Part shown: positions 43,601 to 52,328 of the stretch, piece after piece
Layout: every line of letters begins with the position of its first letter
Numbering within the stretch: the first letter of the stretch is position 1
DNA from: Candidatus Falkowbacteria bacterium GW2011_GWF2_43_32
GTDB taxonomy: Bacteria; Patescibacteriota; Patescibacteriia; Patescibacteriales; UBA12465
Direction: 5' to 3'
Length of the DNA: 64,000 bases
Assembly (NCBI GenBank): GCA_000999715.1
Contig: LCGL01000002.1
Span: 26,136-90,135 of the forward strand
The notes under the pieces: generated by a model
The model's input: the letters and a program-made list of their open reading frames with translations, nothing else
Database searches by the model: none
Told to the model about the DNA's origin: nothing
Program-made: the position numbers and the translations under genes

Positions 43601-44621
43601 GCCGCGCCTGGATTGGCGCTTGGCTAATGACGACGGAGACTATTTGCGTTTTGTTTTGGAGCCCGGCTTGATTACCGTGGAAGGATTGCCCGAATCGGAG
43701 GGGCGGTATTATTTGGATGTTCCCTGGGGAGAAGTTTGGCATCAAGCGGTTTTAGTGGTTGATCAGGCGGCCGATTATTGGGCGGTTTATTTGGACGGTC
43801 AAGAAGTGATTAAAGAAACTTTTTTGGCGCGCTTGCCTTTGTTGACTGATATGACTGTCGGCGGCGACGGCGGTTCGGTGCTAATTGATGAGTTGGCCAT
43901 TTGGAATCGGCCTTTGGCCGCCGCGGAAATTTCCGTCAATTATACGGCGGCAGTTCCTTTCAGTCCTTTGACGACGCGTTCGTCGCAATTGCCGGCGGAG
44001 TTAAAATATCTTTGGGATTTTGAAGAGGCGGATGGCGACTTGGCCGAGGATAGCGTCGGCAGTTCCACACTGCAGGTTTTGCCGACAGCTTGGACGGCGC
44101 GAAGTCACGATAACTATGCTTTAAAGACTTTATATAATAAAACTTTCACGGCCGATTTTCCGGAATCGCTGATTTCGCAAGATTTATCCTTGACATTTTG
44201 GTGGCGTAACGTCGCTTATCCCAAAGAAGGACGCGCCAATATTTATTTGACGGGCAACAGGGCGGGGAACGAGGACGAGGAAACTAATCTTTTCGCCTTG
44301 TTGGCCAACTATTATCGTCAAGGATTTTGGTTTAACGGCGTTGACGGAATTCTGTCTCAAGGGATAGATAAAACGATTCCCAACGACGATCTATGGCATC
44401 ATTTGGCCTTGGTGTACGACTCCTATCGCTATCGCTTAACTCTTTATGTGGATGGCGAAGAAACGGTCAGTTGGTCATTGATTTGGATGTTGCCGACGAC
44501 CGAGATTACGGGGTTAAAAATATCCAGCGACGGTCAGAGTGCCGCCCTTGATAGTCTGGGCATTTGGCAGGGAGCCCTGAGTCCGAGTCAGATTAGAGAG
44601 ATTTACAGTAATATTCAATAA
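40635..44621 (+). CDS. giant secreted protein: permuted-papain (YiiX/NlpC-P60-like) amidase + low-complexity linker + 2 lamin-tail domains + LamG/ConA-like lectin domains
   Basis: 1328 aa with a signal peptide. It has GHVGIYIG...YVVEASANGLV...GQWTCVGLTEKIYE (His-before-Cys permuted papain pattern). There are two LTDs (INKIYATGDNDWVELFNPTDHDFDL..GYRLEK). C-terminal LamG-like ends are LIDELAIWNRPLAAAEISVNY and LDSLGIWQGALSPSQIREIY. Confidence 0.7.
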   Translation: MNKKLLMRLLVFACLALTPLFCRAMAPGTLLYRTTDDGKAYGYSGDPLIEVEGGIIKSINPGHVGIYIGRENGEDYVVEASANGLVKTPAKYFVNLAANEKFLGAKIPLAADALERAKVVLLAKSLAGKSLAYDFDFKYQKGPESGQWTCVGLTEKIYESAAISNPNNLAALEYDPAYYAVDITPDGFDNYSVINENGDCFSRDYEFSKIARHRDFLLPAPELIGFDAGREYKGERYIFLPYTQFLQPTLGDVPVDIVIASSFDAEEIRGRVNVPALILRWSLLNNPVSSVKQLAGRLGDLAVKTADKTKEVAKIIGEKIFGAKNGTEIVLNDQELKKSTGVGKTTVKAATAKTTINKTPLITVNKATSKLTTPVSSTSKTASAILNGSKVAAVPVSSSAGAASLAPVPTSAASTAAALAAYYSPPAVQRAVDQPASETENSAVVQNVNSTINAEANSSAASASASIPTSSSSSSSSASTATTADFPTLAIINKIYATGDNDWVELFNPTDHDFDLAVAGYRLEKAKTAEDPSLMIRLGNAADGAYPGGTVVSAHGTYLIVRDDANDYYRARADAIATRDEFAWTASGYTLYLGTDAISSSADLDLTDAVGFGSDATYFQGSGPAPAVGDNYILNRLANNGNNQTDFILIVSDDPAALIPVIEGNSATSTEETIPPLEDTATSTEEIIPPLEDSATSTEEIIPPAEDTATSTEEIVEEEISAEENGEENFLKLALINKIYATGDNDWVELFNPTDHDFDLATAGYRLEKAKTAEDPSLMMRIGNTEDGSYPQGTVIAAGESYLIVRDDANEYYKSRADAIATRDEFVWTGSGYTLYLGTDAISSSTDSDIIEAVGFGPDATYFQGSGPAPAINDNYILQRTAKSGDNIWDFALIPSDDPGVVAAATEIATTTVATAGLFVPPVPLESFGLTDLWHFDECYGEGSWTVGKWDCAREVGHTNDELTASLTPAVDLSSFSVAFYYKKQASDSPRLDWRLANDDGDYLRFVLEPGLITVEGLPESEGRYYLDVPWGEVWHQAVLVVDQAADYWAVYLDGQEVIKETFLARLPLLTDMTVGGDGGSVLIDELAIWNRPLAAAEISVNYTAAVPFSPLTTRSSQLPAELKYLWDFEEADGDLAEDSVGSSTLQVLPTAWTARSHDNYALKTLYNKTFTADFPESLISQDLSLTFWWRNVAYPKEGRANIYLTGNRAGNEDEETNLFALLANYYRQGFWFNGVDGILSQGIDKTIPNDDLWHHLALVYDSYRYRLTLYVDGEETVSWSLIWMLPTTEITGLKISSDGQSAALDSLGIWQGALSPSQIREIYSNIQ
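42099..43275 (+). repeat. ~450-bp segment (LTD module) duplicated with 732-bp period at high nucleotide identity
   Basis: 42099-42545 versus 42831-43275. Long runs are identical, for example AATAAAATTTATGCCACCGGCGATAATGACTGGGTGGAA. Confidence 0.8.
42633..42783 (+). repeat. 42-bp (14-aa) tandem repeat, 3.6 copies (ATSTEE(I/T)IPP(L/A)ED(T/S))
   Basis: Units start at 42633, 42675, 42717 and 42759. The repeat lies in the linker between the two LTD modules. Confidence 0.9.
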
Positions 44622-44648
44622 AAAAAGCCACCTACGGGTGGTTTTTTA
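44622..44648 (+). terminator. rho-independent terminator
   Basis: AAAAAAGCCACC tacg GGTGGTTTTTT lies immediately after the stop. Confidence 0.85.
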
Positions 44649-44688
44649 TTTGCTTTTTTTTAGCTTTTATTGTATTATCTAAGACGTT

Positions 44689-45071
44689 ATTGGGGTAAGC
44701 GGGCGATTACTCTATTTTTAAGTATTTTTACTTAAAATGGAGAGGAAAGTCCGGACTTCACAAAAAACGATAGTGGGTAACGCCCACCGGGCCGTTTCGG
44801 CGGCTTAGGGATTAAAGTGCCACAGAGACAATACTAATTCCGCAATTTTAACGGAATCAAAGGTGAAAAGTGGTCGGATGCCTTTCGGGGCTACCGACTT
44901 CGGCCTCCGGTGACGGAGATGCCGTGGTAAACCCTATCGGAAGCAAGAGCAAACTGGTCGTTGCCGTTTAGACGGAAGCGTCCAAGACAAGTAGCTCGCT
45001 TGAGCTCCTTAGTAATAAGGGGCCCAGATAAATGATCGCTAGAACAGAATCCGGCTTACGGCTGTCCCAAT
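44689..45071 (+). ncRNA. rnpB: RNase P RNA (bacterial type A)
   Basis: Universal conserved regions are present: GAGGAAAGTCCGG (CR-I), GGTAACGCC, AGTGCCACAGAGA, GGTAAACCC, AGCAAG and ACAGAATCCGGCTTA (CR-V). P1 pairing: ATTGGG (44689-) with CCCAAT (-45071). The ends are accurate to about +/-5 nt. Confidence 0.9.
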
Positions 45072-45097
45072 AATTTTCGTTTATTATTATTTGACAT

Positions 45098-46519
45098 ATG
45101 AAAATGAAAAAAATTGAAGCTTTTTTTTCGGTTTTATTTGTTCCGCTGGATTTTCTGTTATTGATTTTGGCCGGCATCTCCGCTTATCATGTCAGATTTT
45201 CCCAATGGTCCGACAGTATTCGGCCGGTGATTTTTAATTTGCCCTTTTCTTCGTATTTTCGTTCCGTTCTGATTATGGCGGCGTTGTGGACTTTTATTTT
45301 TGTCATCGCCGGCCTGTATCAGACGCGCAGTGCCCGCCAGTTGGCGCAAGAATTAAAAAAGATTTTTTTGGCTTGTTCCACCGGTTTGGCCTTGGTGGCG
45401 ATTGTCATTTTTTTTCAGCGCGAATTGTTTGATTCGCGTTTTATCGTTTTGGCCGCTTGGTTTTTCGCGGTTTTATATCTCAGTGTCGCGCATATTTTGA
45501 TTCGCTGGTTGGAACACAGCTTATTGGCTTTCGGCGTCGGTGTTCATAAAGTTATCCTGGTCGGCAATTCCAAAACCACGGACAGCTTGATCGCCGAATT
45601 TTCCGGCAATCGGAAAGCCGGTTTTCGGGTTTTAAAGCGTGTTCGCGATTTTTCCATCACCACCGCCCAAGAGTTGGCGGAATTTATCAAAGATCAGGAA
45701 GTGGACGAGATTATTCAAAGCGATCCGAATTTGACCAAAGCCGAAACTTTGCGACTTTACGACTTTGCCAATGAAAACCACATCACCTTTAAATACGTGG
45801 CCGATTTGTTGGAGGTCAAGGTCTTGCGCACGGAAGTGACGGAAATTATCGGCATTCCCATCGTGGAGGTGAAGCGGACGACGCTGGAGGGCTGGGGTCG
45901 AGTTTTTAAGCGCCTTTTTGATATTGTCGTTTCCGGTCTTTTGATTATCATTTTTTCGCCGGTGATTATTTTGACGATCTTGATAATTAAATTGGATTCG
46001 CCCGGGCCGATTTTCTTTTCGCGTCGCGATGACGGCGCGCCGGTAACGCGGGTCGGCGAAGGCGGCCGGCCGTTTCGTTATTTTAAGTTCCGTTCCATGA
46101 TTCCCAACAGCGACAGCATGCGCTATAAAGAATTGTCCGATCGTAATTTGCGCACCGACGGTCCGATGGTGAAAATCAAAGACGATCCGCGCGTTACCCG
46201 TTTCGGACGAACTATTCGTCGTTGGTCAATCGATGAATTGCCGGAATTGTTTTTGGTCTTTATCGGTCGCATGAGTTTGGTCGGACCGCGTCCGCATTTG
46301 CCGGAGGAAGTGGCTAAATATGAAAATTATCATAAGAAGACTTTGACCATCAAGCCGGGGATCACCGGCTTGGCGCAAGTCTCCGGTCGCAGTGATTTGT
46401 TGTTTGAAGAAGAAGCCAAGCTGGATATTTACTATATTGAAAATTGGAATATGTTGTTGGATTTGTCCATTCTCTTAAGAACTCCTTTGGCGGTATTTAA
46501 ACACCGTCAGGCCGAATAA
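45098..46519 (+). CDS. polyprenyl-phosphate sugar phosphotransferase (WbaP/exopolysaccharide initiating enzyme family)
   Basis: 473 aa with N-terminal TM helices and a C-terminal Bac_transf signature (KRLFDIV...SPGPIFF...KFRSM...DELPQL-like DELPELF...GPRP...KPGITGLAQVSGRSDL). Confidence 0.9.
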   Translation: MKMKKIEAFFSVLFVPLDFLLLILAGISAYHVRFSQWSDSIRPVIFNLPFSSYFRSVLIMAALWTFIFVIAGLYQTRSARQLAQELKKIFLACSTGLALVAIVIFFQRELFDSRFIVLAAWFFAVLYLSVAHILIRWLEHSLLAFGVGVHKVILVGNSKTTDSLIAEFSGNRKAGFRVLKRVRDFSITTAQELAEFIKDQEVDEIIQSDPNLTKAETLRLYDFANENHITFKYVADLLEVKVLRTEVTEIIGIPIVEVKRTTLEGWGRVFKRLFDIVVSGLLIIIFSPVIILTILIIKLDSPGPIFFSRRDDGAPVTRVGEGGRPFRYFKFRSMIPNSDSMRYKELSDRNLRTDGPMVKIKDDPRVTRFGRTIRRWSIDELPELFLVFIGRMSLVGPRPHLPEEVAKYENYHKKTLTIKPGITGLAQVSGRSDLLFEEEAKLDIYYIENWNMLLDLSILLRTPLAVFKHRQAE

Positions 46520-46520
46520 T

Positions 46521-47675
46521 ATGAAAGTTGCTCTGATACACGATCATTTGGCTCAAGACGGCGGCGCGGAAAGAGTTTTGCGCGTGCTGACGGAAATGTT
46601 TCCCGAGGCGCCGATTTATACTTTGCTGTATGATCAAAAACACGTTGACCAATATTTGACGGGCCGACGAATAGAGACTTCGGTAATTCAAAAATTGCCC
46701 GGCGGCGTCAAACATTATCAATGGTATTTGTTTTTCATGCCGATGGCGGTGGAATTTTTTGATTTACGCGGTTTTGATTTGGTGATTTCCGATTCCAGTT
46801 CTTTCGCCAAAGGAGTGATTACTCGGCCGGATTGCCTGCATATCGATTATTGCCACACGCCGACGCGATATTTGTGGAGCGATAGCCATCAATATCTCAA
46901 TGAATTGAAATACAATAAGTGGATTAAAAAAATCATTTCCTTAGTTTTGAATCGGATTCGTCTTTGGGACCGCGTCGCGGCCGATCGGCCGGATTTGTTC
47001 ATCGCCAATTCCCGTACTGTACAACGGCGCATCGCCAAATATTATCGGCGCGAATCCGTAGTGATTTATCCGCCGGTGGAAATCGACAAATTTTCCATTG
47101 CCGCGCCGGCAGAGCATTCGGACGGCCAAGGAGAAAAATATTTTTTGGCCGGTTGCCGTTTAGCGCCGTACAAGCGAATTGATTTGGTGGTGGAAGCTTT
47201 CAAACAATTGGGCGGCGAATATAAATTGAAAATTTTCGGCGACGGCGTGGATATGGGCAGATTAAAAAAAATAGCCGCCGGGGCGACCAATATTGAATTT
47301 CTCGGTTGGGTGAACGAAACTGCCAAGGCCGCTTTGTTTTCCCGCGCTCAGGCTTTTATCAATCCGCAAGAAGAGGATTTCGGCATTACCGCCGTGGAAT
47401 CAATGGCGGCCGGCCGGCCGGTAATCGCTTATCGGAAGGGCGGCGCGACCGAAACTGTCGTGGCCGGAAAAACCGGAATATTTTTTGACGAAGCGAGTGC
47501 CGCGGCTTTGGCCGCGGCCGTTAAAAATTTTCGGTCGGCCGATTTTAATCCCGGGGAAATTCGTCGTTACGCCGAGCAATTTTCCGCGGATAATTTCAAA
47601 AAGAAAATCAGCGATTTTATCGCCGATAATTTAGAGAGGAAGATGAAAGAAGAAAATAAATTATTTGAACGATAA
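46521..47675 (+). CDS. glycosyltransferase (GT4/GT-B fold)
   Basis: 384 aa with HDHLAQDGGAERV near the N-terminus and the E-x7-E region EDFGITAVESMAAGRPVIA. Confidence 0.85.
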   Translation: MKVALIHDHLAQDGGAERVLRVLTEMFPEAPIYTLLYDQKHVDQYLTGRRIETSVIQKLPGGVKHYQWYLFFMPMAVEFFDLRGFDLVISDSSSFAKGVITRPDCLHIDYCHTPTRYLWSDSHQYLNELKYNKWIKKIISLVLNRIRLWDRVAADRPDLFIANSRTVQRRIAKYYRRESVVIYPPVEIDKFSIAAPAEHSDGQGEKYFLAGCRLAPYKRIDLVVEAFKQLGGEYKLKIFGDGVDMGRLKKIAAGATNIEFLGWVNETAKAALFSRAQAFINPQEEDFGITAVESMAAGRPVIAYRKGGATETVVAGKTGIFFDEASAAALAAAVKNFRSADFNPGEIRRYAEQFSADNFKKKISDFIADNLERKMKEENKLFER

Positions 47676-47993
47676 GAAAAAAGGGACTGGTTCAATCATG
47701 AATGATTTTGAACAAGTCCCTGAAACGCGGGCTGGAGCTCGTAGCACCTTTTTGAAAGTTGTATCCGTTTTGCTTGATAGAGCCGCTTAGTCAGCTATTG
47801 TGGGCGTCTTAATCGCCGACAAGATTCATATATTTTCTATAGAATCACTCATCAATTTATTTCGGATTTTTTTCTTGTTTTTTTCGCACTCGTTCCCAAT
47901 CGACGCGTTTTACTTTTTACTATTTACTAACCACTTACTAATACAGCCACTTTACTCTTCCCATATTTTTTTGTCAATACTTTTTCCACAACT

Positions 47994-49247
47994 ATGAAAA
48001 TCGGCGTTGATATCAGAGTGCTAATGGATAAATATTACAGCGGAGTATCCGAATATGCCGCCAATTTATTATTGGCTATTTTTCGCCAAGATAAGCGAAA
48101 TAATTATCGGTTATTTTATAATTCTTATCGCAATTTGCGGGATTGCCTCGACTCTTGGAATAGCGACCAATCCCGGGTTGTCGGCACCCATTTTCCCAAT
48201 AAAATTTTTAATTATTTTTTGCAAAAAATTTTTTCTTGGCCGAAATTGGATAAAGTGCTCGGCGGAGTGGATATCTTTTGGTCGCCGCATTTTAACTTTA
48301 GCGCCTTGAGCGCATCCGCTTCCGGCTTGAAAAAAATCATTACCGTTCATGACTTGTCCTTTCTCCGTTATCCGGAATTTTTTTCCGCCCGCAAGAATTT
48401 TTGGCATCGGGCTTTAAAGGTCAAGCAATCTTTGCGAGCGGCCGATCGGATTATCGCCGTGTCCGAAAACACCAAACATGATATCGTGGAATTGGTCGGT
48501 ATCGCGCCGGAAAAGATTCGCGTCATTTATCCCGGGAATAATATGAGGCGCCGGGAAGTCGGCGAAGCGGAAAAAAAGCGATTTTTTGTCGATCGCGGTT
48601 GTCGGGACGGACATCGGGGCCTTGGTGCGATTACTAGTGATTCTGCCGTTGTGACGAACGAACCGGCGCCTTTCATTTTATATTTGGGGACGATTGAGCC
48701 GCGTAAAAATATTGACGGCTTGATTGAAGCCTACAACATGTTTCGGGCCGACGACGAGGCGAGCGGCGGTAAGTTTAAAAACATCAAATTGATTTTGGCC
48801 GGCGGCGATGGTTGGCGAAATCGCCGCATTTATTCCGTCTGGAAAAAATCGTCGTATAAAGCGGATATCAAATTTTTAGGTTACGTCAGTCAAACCGAGA
48901 AGGAAATATTGTACAGTGCGGCTGCGGTTTTCGCTTACCCTTCTTATTACGAGGGCTTCGGTTTTCCGCCCTTGGAGGCGCTGACCTACGGTTTGCCGGT
49001 CGTTTGTTCCAATGTATCCAGTTTGCCGGAAGTCGTCGGTGAGGCGGCTTTGACGGTCAACCCTTTCGCGACCGCGGAAATTGCCGACGCTCTGCGCACG
49101 GTTTTAAATGAAGAAAAAGTTCGCGCCGTTTTGATCGCCAAGGGTTATGAGCGCGCGCGCCGCTTTTCTTGGGATAAAGCGGCCGGGGAATATTTAGAAT
49201 TATTTCAAGAAGTTTATGAAGAAAATAAACGGTCAATCTCCGCGTAA
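47994..49247 (+). CDS. glycosyltransferase (GT4/GT-B fold)
   Basis: 417 aa with LGTIEPRKN and EGFGFPPLEALTYGLPVVCS motifs. Confidence 0.85.
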   Translation: MKIGVDIRVLMDKYYSGVSEYAANLLLAIFRQDKRNNYRLFYNSYRNLRDCLDSWNSDQSRVVGTHFPNKIFNYFLQKIFSWPKLDKVLGGVDIFWSPHFNFSALSASASGLKKIITVHDLSFLRYPEFFSARKNFWHRALKVKQSLRAADRIIAVSENTKHDIVELVGIAPEKIRVIYPGNNMRRREVGEAEKKRFFVDRGCRDGHRGLGAITSDSAVVTNEPAPFILYLGTIEPRKNIDGLIEAYNMFRADDEASGGKFKNIKLILAGGDGWRNRRIYSVWKKSSYKADIKFLGYVSQTEKEILYSAAAVFAYPSYYEGFGFPPLEALTYGLPVVCSNVSSLPEVVGEAALTVNPFATAEIADALRTVLNEEKVRAVLIAKGYERARRFSWDKAAGEYLELFQEVYEENKRSISA

Positions 49248-50376
49248 AAAATCTCGGCAAAAATCTCCTCGGGTGCTGGTGGCCATGTCCGGCGGAGTGG
49301 ACTCTTCGGTGGCGGCGCAATTGTTGAAAGAACAAGGCTATAAAGTCGCCGGAGTTTTTTTACATTTTTGGAAAGACGAGACGGCCGGCGGGCAAAAGGA
49401 AAATCGCTGTTGTTCGGCGGAATCTTTGCTGGACGCGCGCGCCGTGGCCGCCAAATTGGAAATTCCTTTGTATACTTTTAATTTTTCCCGGCAATTCAAA
49501 AAAACGGTGGTGGATGATTTCTTGGGCCAATATGACGCCGGCCGGACGCCGAATCCTTGCGTGGTTTGCAATAAACAAATTAAAATCGGTTTATTGTTGA
49601 AATATGCGCGCCAATTGGGTTTTGACTATGTGGCGACCGGGCATTACTTGAATTTGGAGCGCGTCGGTCGGGAAGTCCGTCTGTTCAAGGCCAAAGACCG
49701 GAACAAAGATCAATCTTATTTTTTGTATACTTTCACGCCCGACGAATTGAAGCATTTGTTGTTTCCGCTCGGCCCTTATACCAAACCGCAGGTGCGCAAA
49801 TTGGCAAAAAAATTCAGTTTGAAAGTAGCCGCCAAGCCGGAGAGCCAGGATATTTGTTTTTTATCCGGCGACCATAACAATTTTTTAAAAAGATATTTGA
49901 CTTTGCGTCCGGGCGATATTCGGATATTGGACAGCGACGAAAAAATCGGCGAACATGCCGGTTTGCCGCTGTATACTGTTGGACAACGACGAGGATTGGT
50001 CGGCGGAACCGGACCTTATTACGTCGCCAAGTTCGATTATCGTCGCAATATTTTATATGTCGTCAAGAATTGGAATGAAGATATCCTTTACGAATCCGAC
50101 TTAGTCGCCAAAAAAGTAAATTGGCTTTCCGGTCGCGCGCCGCGCCGCGCTTTTTCTTGCGGGGCGGTTATTCGTTATGGCCATCCGGCGGTCGCGTGTA
50201 TTGTCAGTCCTTTGGCCGGAAAGAAAAAAACCGACCGGAAACGAGGCCGCAGCGCGTCCGGTGATGCTGAAAGTTATCAAGTGAAATTTTCCAAACCCCA
50301 ACGTGCCGTCACTCCCGGGCAGAGCGTGGTTTTTTACGATCGGGATAGAGTTCTGGGCGGCGGAATCATTGCTTGA
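49216..50376 (+). CDS. mnmA: tRNA 2-thiouridine(34) synthase MnmA
   Basis: PP-loop AMSGGVDSS, C..C catalytic region (NPCVVCN), and a typical length. The start is uncertain: the ATG at 49216 overlaps the upstream gene by 32 nt. Confidence 0.9.
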   Translation: MKKINGQSPRKKSRQKSPRVLVAMSGGVDSSVAAQLLKEQGYKVAGVFLHFWKDETAGGQKENRCCSAESLLDARAVAAKLEIPLYTFNFSRQFKKTVVDDFLGQYDAGRTPNPCVVCNKQIKIGLLLKYARQLGFDYVATGHYLNLERVGREVRLFKAKDRNKDQSYFLYTFTPDELKHLLFPLGPYTKPQVRKLAKKFSLKVAAKPESQDICFLSGDHNNFLKRYLTLRPGDIRILDSDEKIGEHAGLPLYTVGQRRGLVGGTGPYYVAKFDYRRNILYVVKNWNEDILYESDLVAKKVNWLSGRAPRRAFSCGAVIRYGHPAVACIVSPLAGKKKTDRKRGRSASGDAESYQVKFSKPQRAVTPGQSVVFYDRDRVLGGGIIA

Positions 50377-50400
50377 AAATTTTTGAAAAGGCGCAATTTA

Positions 50401-50433
50401 AAAAACAGACTCAATTTAAGAGCCTGTTTTTTT
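50401..50433. terminator. bidirectional rho-independent terminator
   Basis: AAAAACAGACTC aatttaa GAGCCTGTTTTTTT lies between mnmA (+) and tRNA-Leu (-). Confidence 0.7.
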
Positions 50434-50434
50434 G

Positions 50435-50518
50435 TGCCCAAGGCGGGAATCGAACCCGCATGGAGTCGCCTCCGCACGATTTTGAGTCGTGTGCGTCTGC
50501 CAGTTCCGCCACTCGGGC
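50435..50518 (-). tRNA. tRNA-Leu (anticodon CAA), class II with long variable arm; CCA not encoded
   Basis: Manual fold. Acceptor GCCCGAG/CTTGGGC. Anticodon stem CACGA/TCGTG with loop CTCAAAA. Variable arm GGAG-GCGA-CTCC. T-arm GCGGG-TTCGATT-CCCGC. Discriminator A. Confidence 0.9.
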
Positions 50519-50629
50519 CAAATTATTACCGTTTCCAGTATAATAAATAAATTTTTGATTGTCAAAGATTTTTCTTTAATATATAATGAACTTATCGGAG
50601 TCCGGTAATTTATGTTTTTCGTATAATAT

Positions 50630-51394
50630 ATGGGAAAAATAATCGCCATTGTCAATCAAAAGGGCGGCGTCGGCAAAACGACTACGGCCGTCAATTTGGG
50701 CGCTTATCTGGCTTATTTGGGTCGGCAGGTTTTATTGATTGATACCGATCCGCAAGCCAATGCCACTTCTGGTTTGGGTTTGGATCACCGCAATTTGGAA
50801 GGCGGTATTTATGAAGCCTTGATCGGCGACAAGCAACTTTTTCAAATAATAAAACGGACAATCCAATCCGGCTTGAAAATCGCTCCGGCCACCTTGTCTT
50901 TAGCCGGCGCCGGCGTGGAGCTGGTCGGCATGGATAATCGTGAATTCCGTTTGGCCAATATCTTGGAAGAAGCAAAAAAAGATTTTGATTATATCATCAT
51001 TGACGGTCCGCCTTCTTTGGGATTATTGACGGTTAACAGTTTGGTCGCGGCCGATGAAGTCTTGATTCCCATCCAGAGCGAATATTTTGCCTTGGAAGGT
51101 TTGAGCCAATTATTGGAAACCATCAGTTTGGTTCAAAATAATTTGAAACCGGAATTGGGAATTATGGGGGCCGTCATTACCATGTTTGATCGCCGAAATA
51201 AATTGTCCGGATCGGTCATGGAAGAGTTGTACCGTTATTTTCCGAATCGCATTTTTCGATCGGTTATTCCGCGCAGTGTCCGCTTGGCCGAAGCGCCGAG
51301 TTATGGCCGATCCATTTTACATTATGATCCGAAATCTCGAGGCGGCAAAGCCTATGAAGGTTTGGCTCGGGAAGTTTTGAGTTTGGAAAAATAG
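50630..51394 (+). CDS. parA: chromosome-partitioning ATPase ParA/Soj
   Basis: 254 aa with the deviant Walker A motif NQKGGVGKTTT. Confidence 0.9.
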   Translation: MGKIIAIVNQKGGVGKTTTAVNLGAYLAYLGRQVLLIDTDPQANATSGLGLDHRNLEGGIYEALIGDKQLFQIIKRTIQSGLKIAPATLSLAGAGVELVGMDNREFRLANILEEAKKDFDYIIIDGPPSLGLLTVNSLVAADEVLIPIQSEYFALEGLSQLLETISLVQNNLKPELGIMGAVITMFDRRNKLSGSVMEELYRYFPNRIFRSVIPRSVRLAEAPSYGRSILHYDPKSRGGKAYEGLAREVLSLEK

Positions 51395-51446
51395 GTTTAA
51401 GTTTCATTTTGAAAAGATTTTTAATTTAATTGTAATCAGTAACCAT

Positions 51447-52325
51447 ATGCCGCAAGGTTTAGGCCGAGGACTCGGCTCGTTAATTCCCAAAAAAACCGTG
51501 GCTTACGGTCAAAATCCGTTTAAGTCGGACATCGCCGAAGAAGAGGTTATGGTTTTGCGCGACGGCGATCGGATTTTGAAAATCAGTCCGGCTAAAATTA
51601 TCATCAATCCGCAACAACCGCGGACAAATTTTTCCGACAACGCTTTGAATGATTTGGCGGAATCCATCAGACAACACGGCATTATTCAGCCTTTGATCGT
51701 GACGCGTCAAGGCGATCGTTTTGAATTGATCGCCGGCGAGCGTCGTTGGCGAGCGGCGCAGATTGTCGGTTTGTCGGAAGTGCCGGTAATCGTTCGCGAA
51801 GAAAAAGAGCAGAAGAAATTGGAACTGGCTTTGATTGAAAATTTACAGCGTGAAGATTTGAATCCTTTGGAAACGGCGCGCGCTTATCAAAAATTGATGG
51901 ATGAATTCAATATCACTCAAGAAGAGGTGGCCAAAAAAGTCGGCAAAGCCCGTTCCAGCGTCGCCAATGCTTTGCGTCTGCTGTCTTTGCCGCCGGCCGT
52001 TCAGGAAGCCTTGGCCGCCGGAAAAATCACCGAGGCCCATGCCAAATATTTATTGGGATTGGAAGACGCCGCCAAACAGTTGAACATGTTAAAAAAGATT
52101 CTCCGACAGAATTTGACCGTAGCGCAGACGGACCGGGAAATCAAAAAAATCGGCGGCACCAAGGCGGCCAAAACCAAGGATTATTTTGACCGGGCGAAAG
52201 AAGAAGAATTAAGCGGATTTTTAAGCACGAAAGTGGAAATCAAACGACAGGGCCGGGGCGGTCAGATTATGATTGATTTTTACAGCGAAGAGGAGTTAAA
52301 TGAAATTGTAAAGAAAATCAAATAA
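51447..52325 (+). CDS. parB: chromosome-partitioning protein ParB/Spo0J
   Basis: 292 aa with the ParB box GERRWRAA and the HTH region ITQEEVAKKVGKARSSVANALRLL. Confidence 0.9.
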   Translation: MPQGLGRGLGSLIPKKTVAYGQNPFKSDIAEEEVMVLRDGDRILKISPAKIIINPQQPRTNFSDNALNDLAESIRQHGIIQPLIVTRQGDRFELIAGERRWRAAQIVGLSEVPVIVREEKEQKKLELALIENLQREDLNPLETARAYQKLMDEFNITQEEVAKKVGKARSSVANALRLLSLPPAVQEALAAGKITEAHAKYLLGLEDAAKQLNMLKKILRQNLTVAQTDREIKKIGGTKAAKTKDYFDRAKEEELSGFLSTKVEIKRQGRGGQIMIDFYSEEELNEIVKKIK

Positions 52326-52328
52326 GCC

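Noticed and set aside
44968-45177. 69-aa minus-strand ORF
   Set aside because: It overlaps the 3' third of RNase P RNA (including CR-V) and the start of the sugar-transferase gene, so it is spurious.
50416-50655. 79-aa minus-strand ORF
   Set aside because: It is made up largely of the tRNA-Leu gene and its terminator, so it is spurious.
50630-52325. parS site (TGTTTCACGTGAAACA) near parAB
   Set aside because: No match with two or fewer mismatches was seen by eye in or around parAB. The only CACGTG core (about 2206) lacks the flanks. The search was visual only, so absence is not proven.
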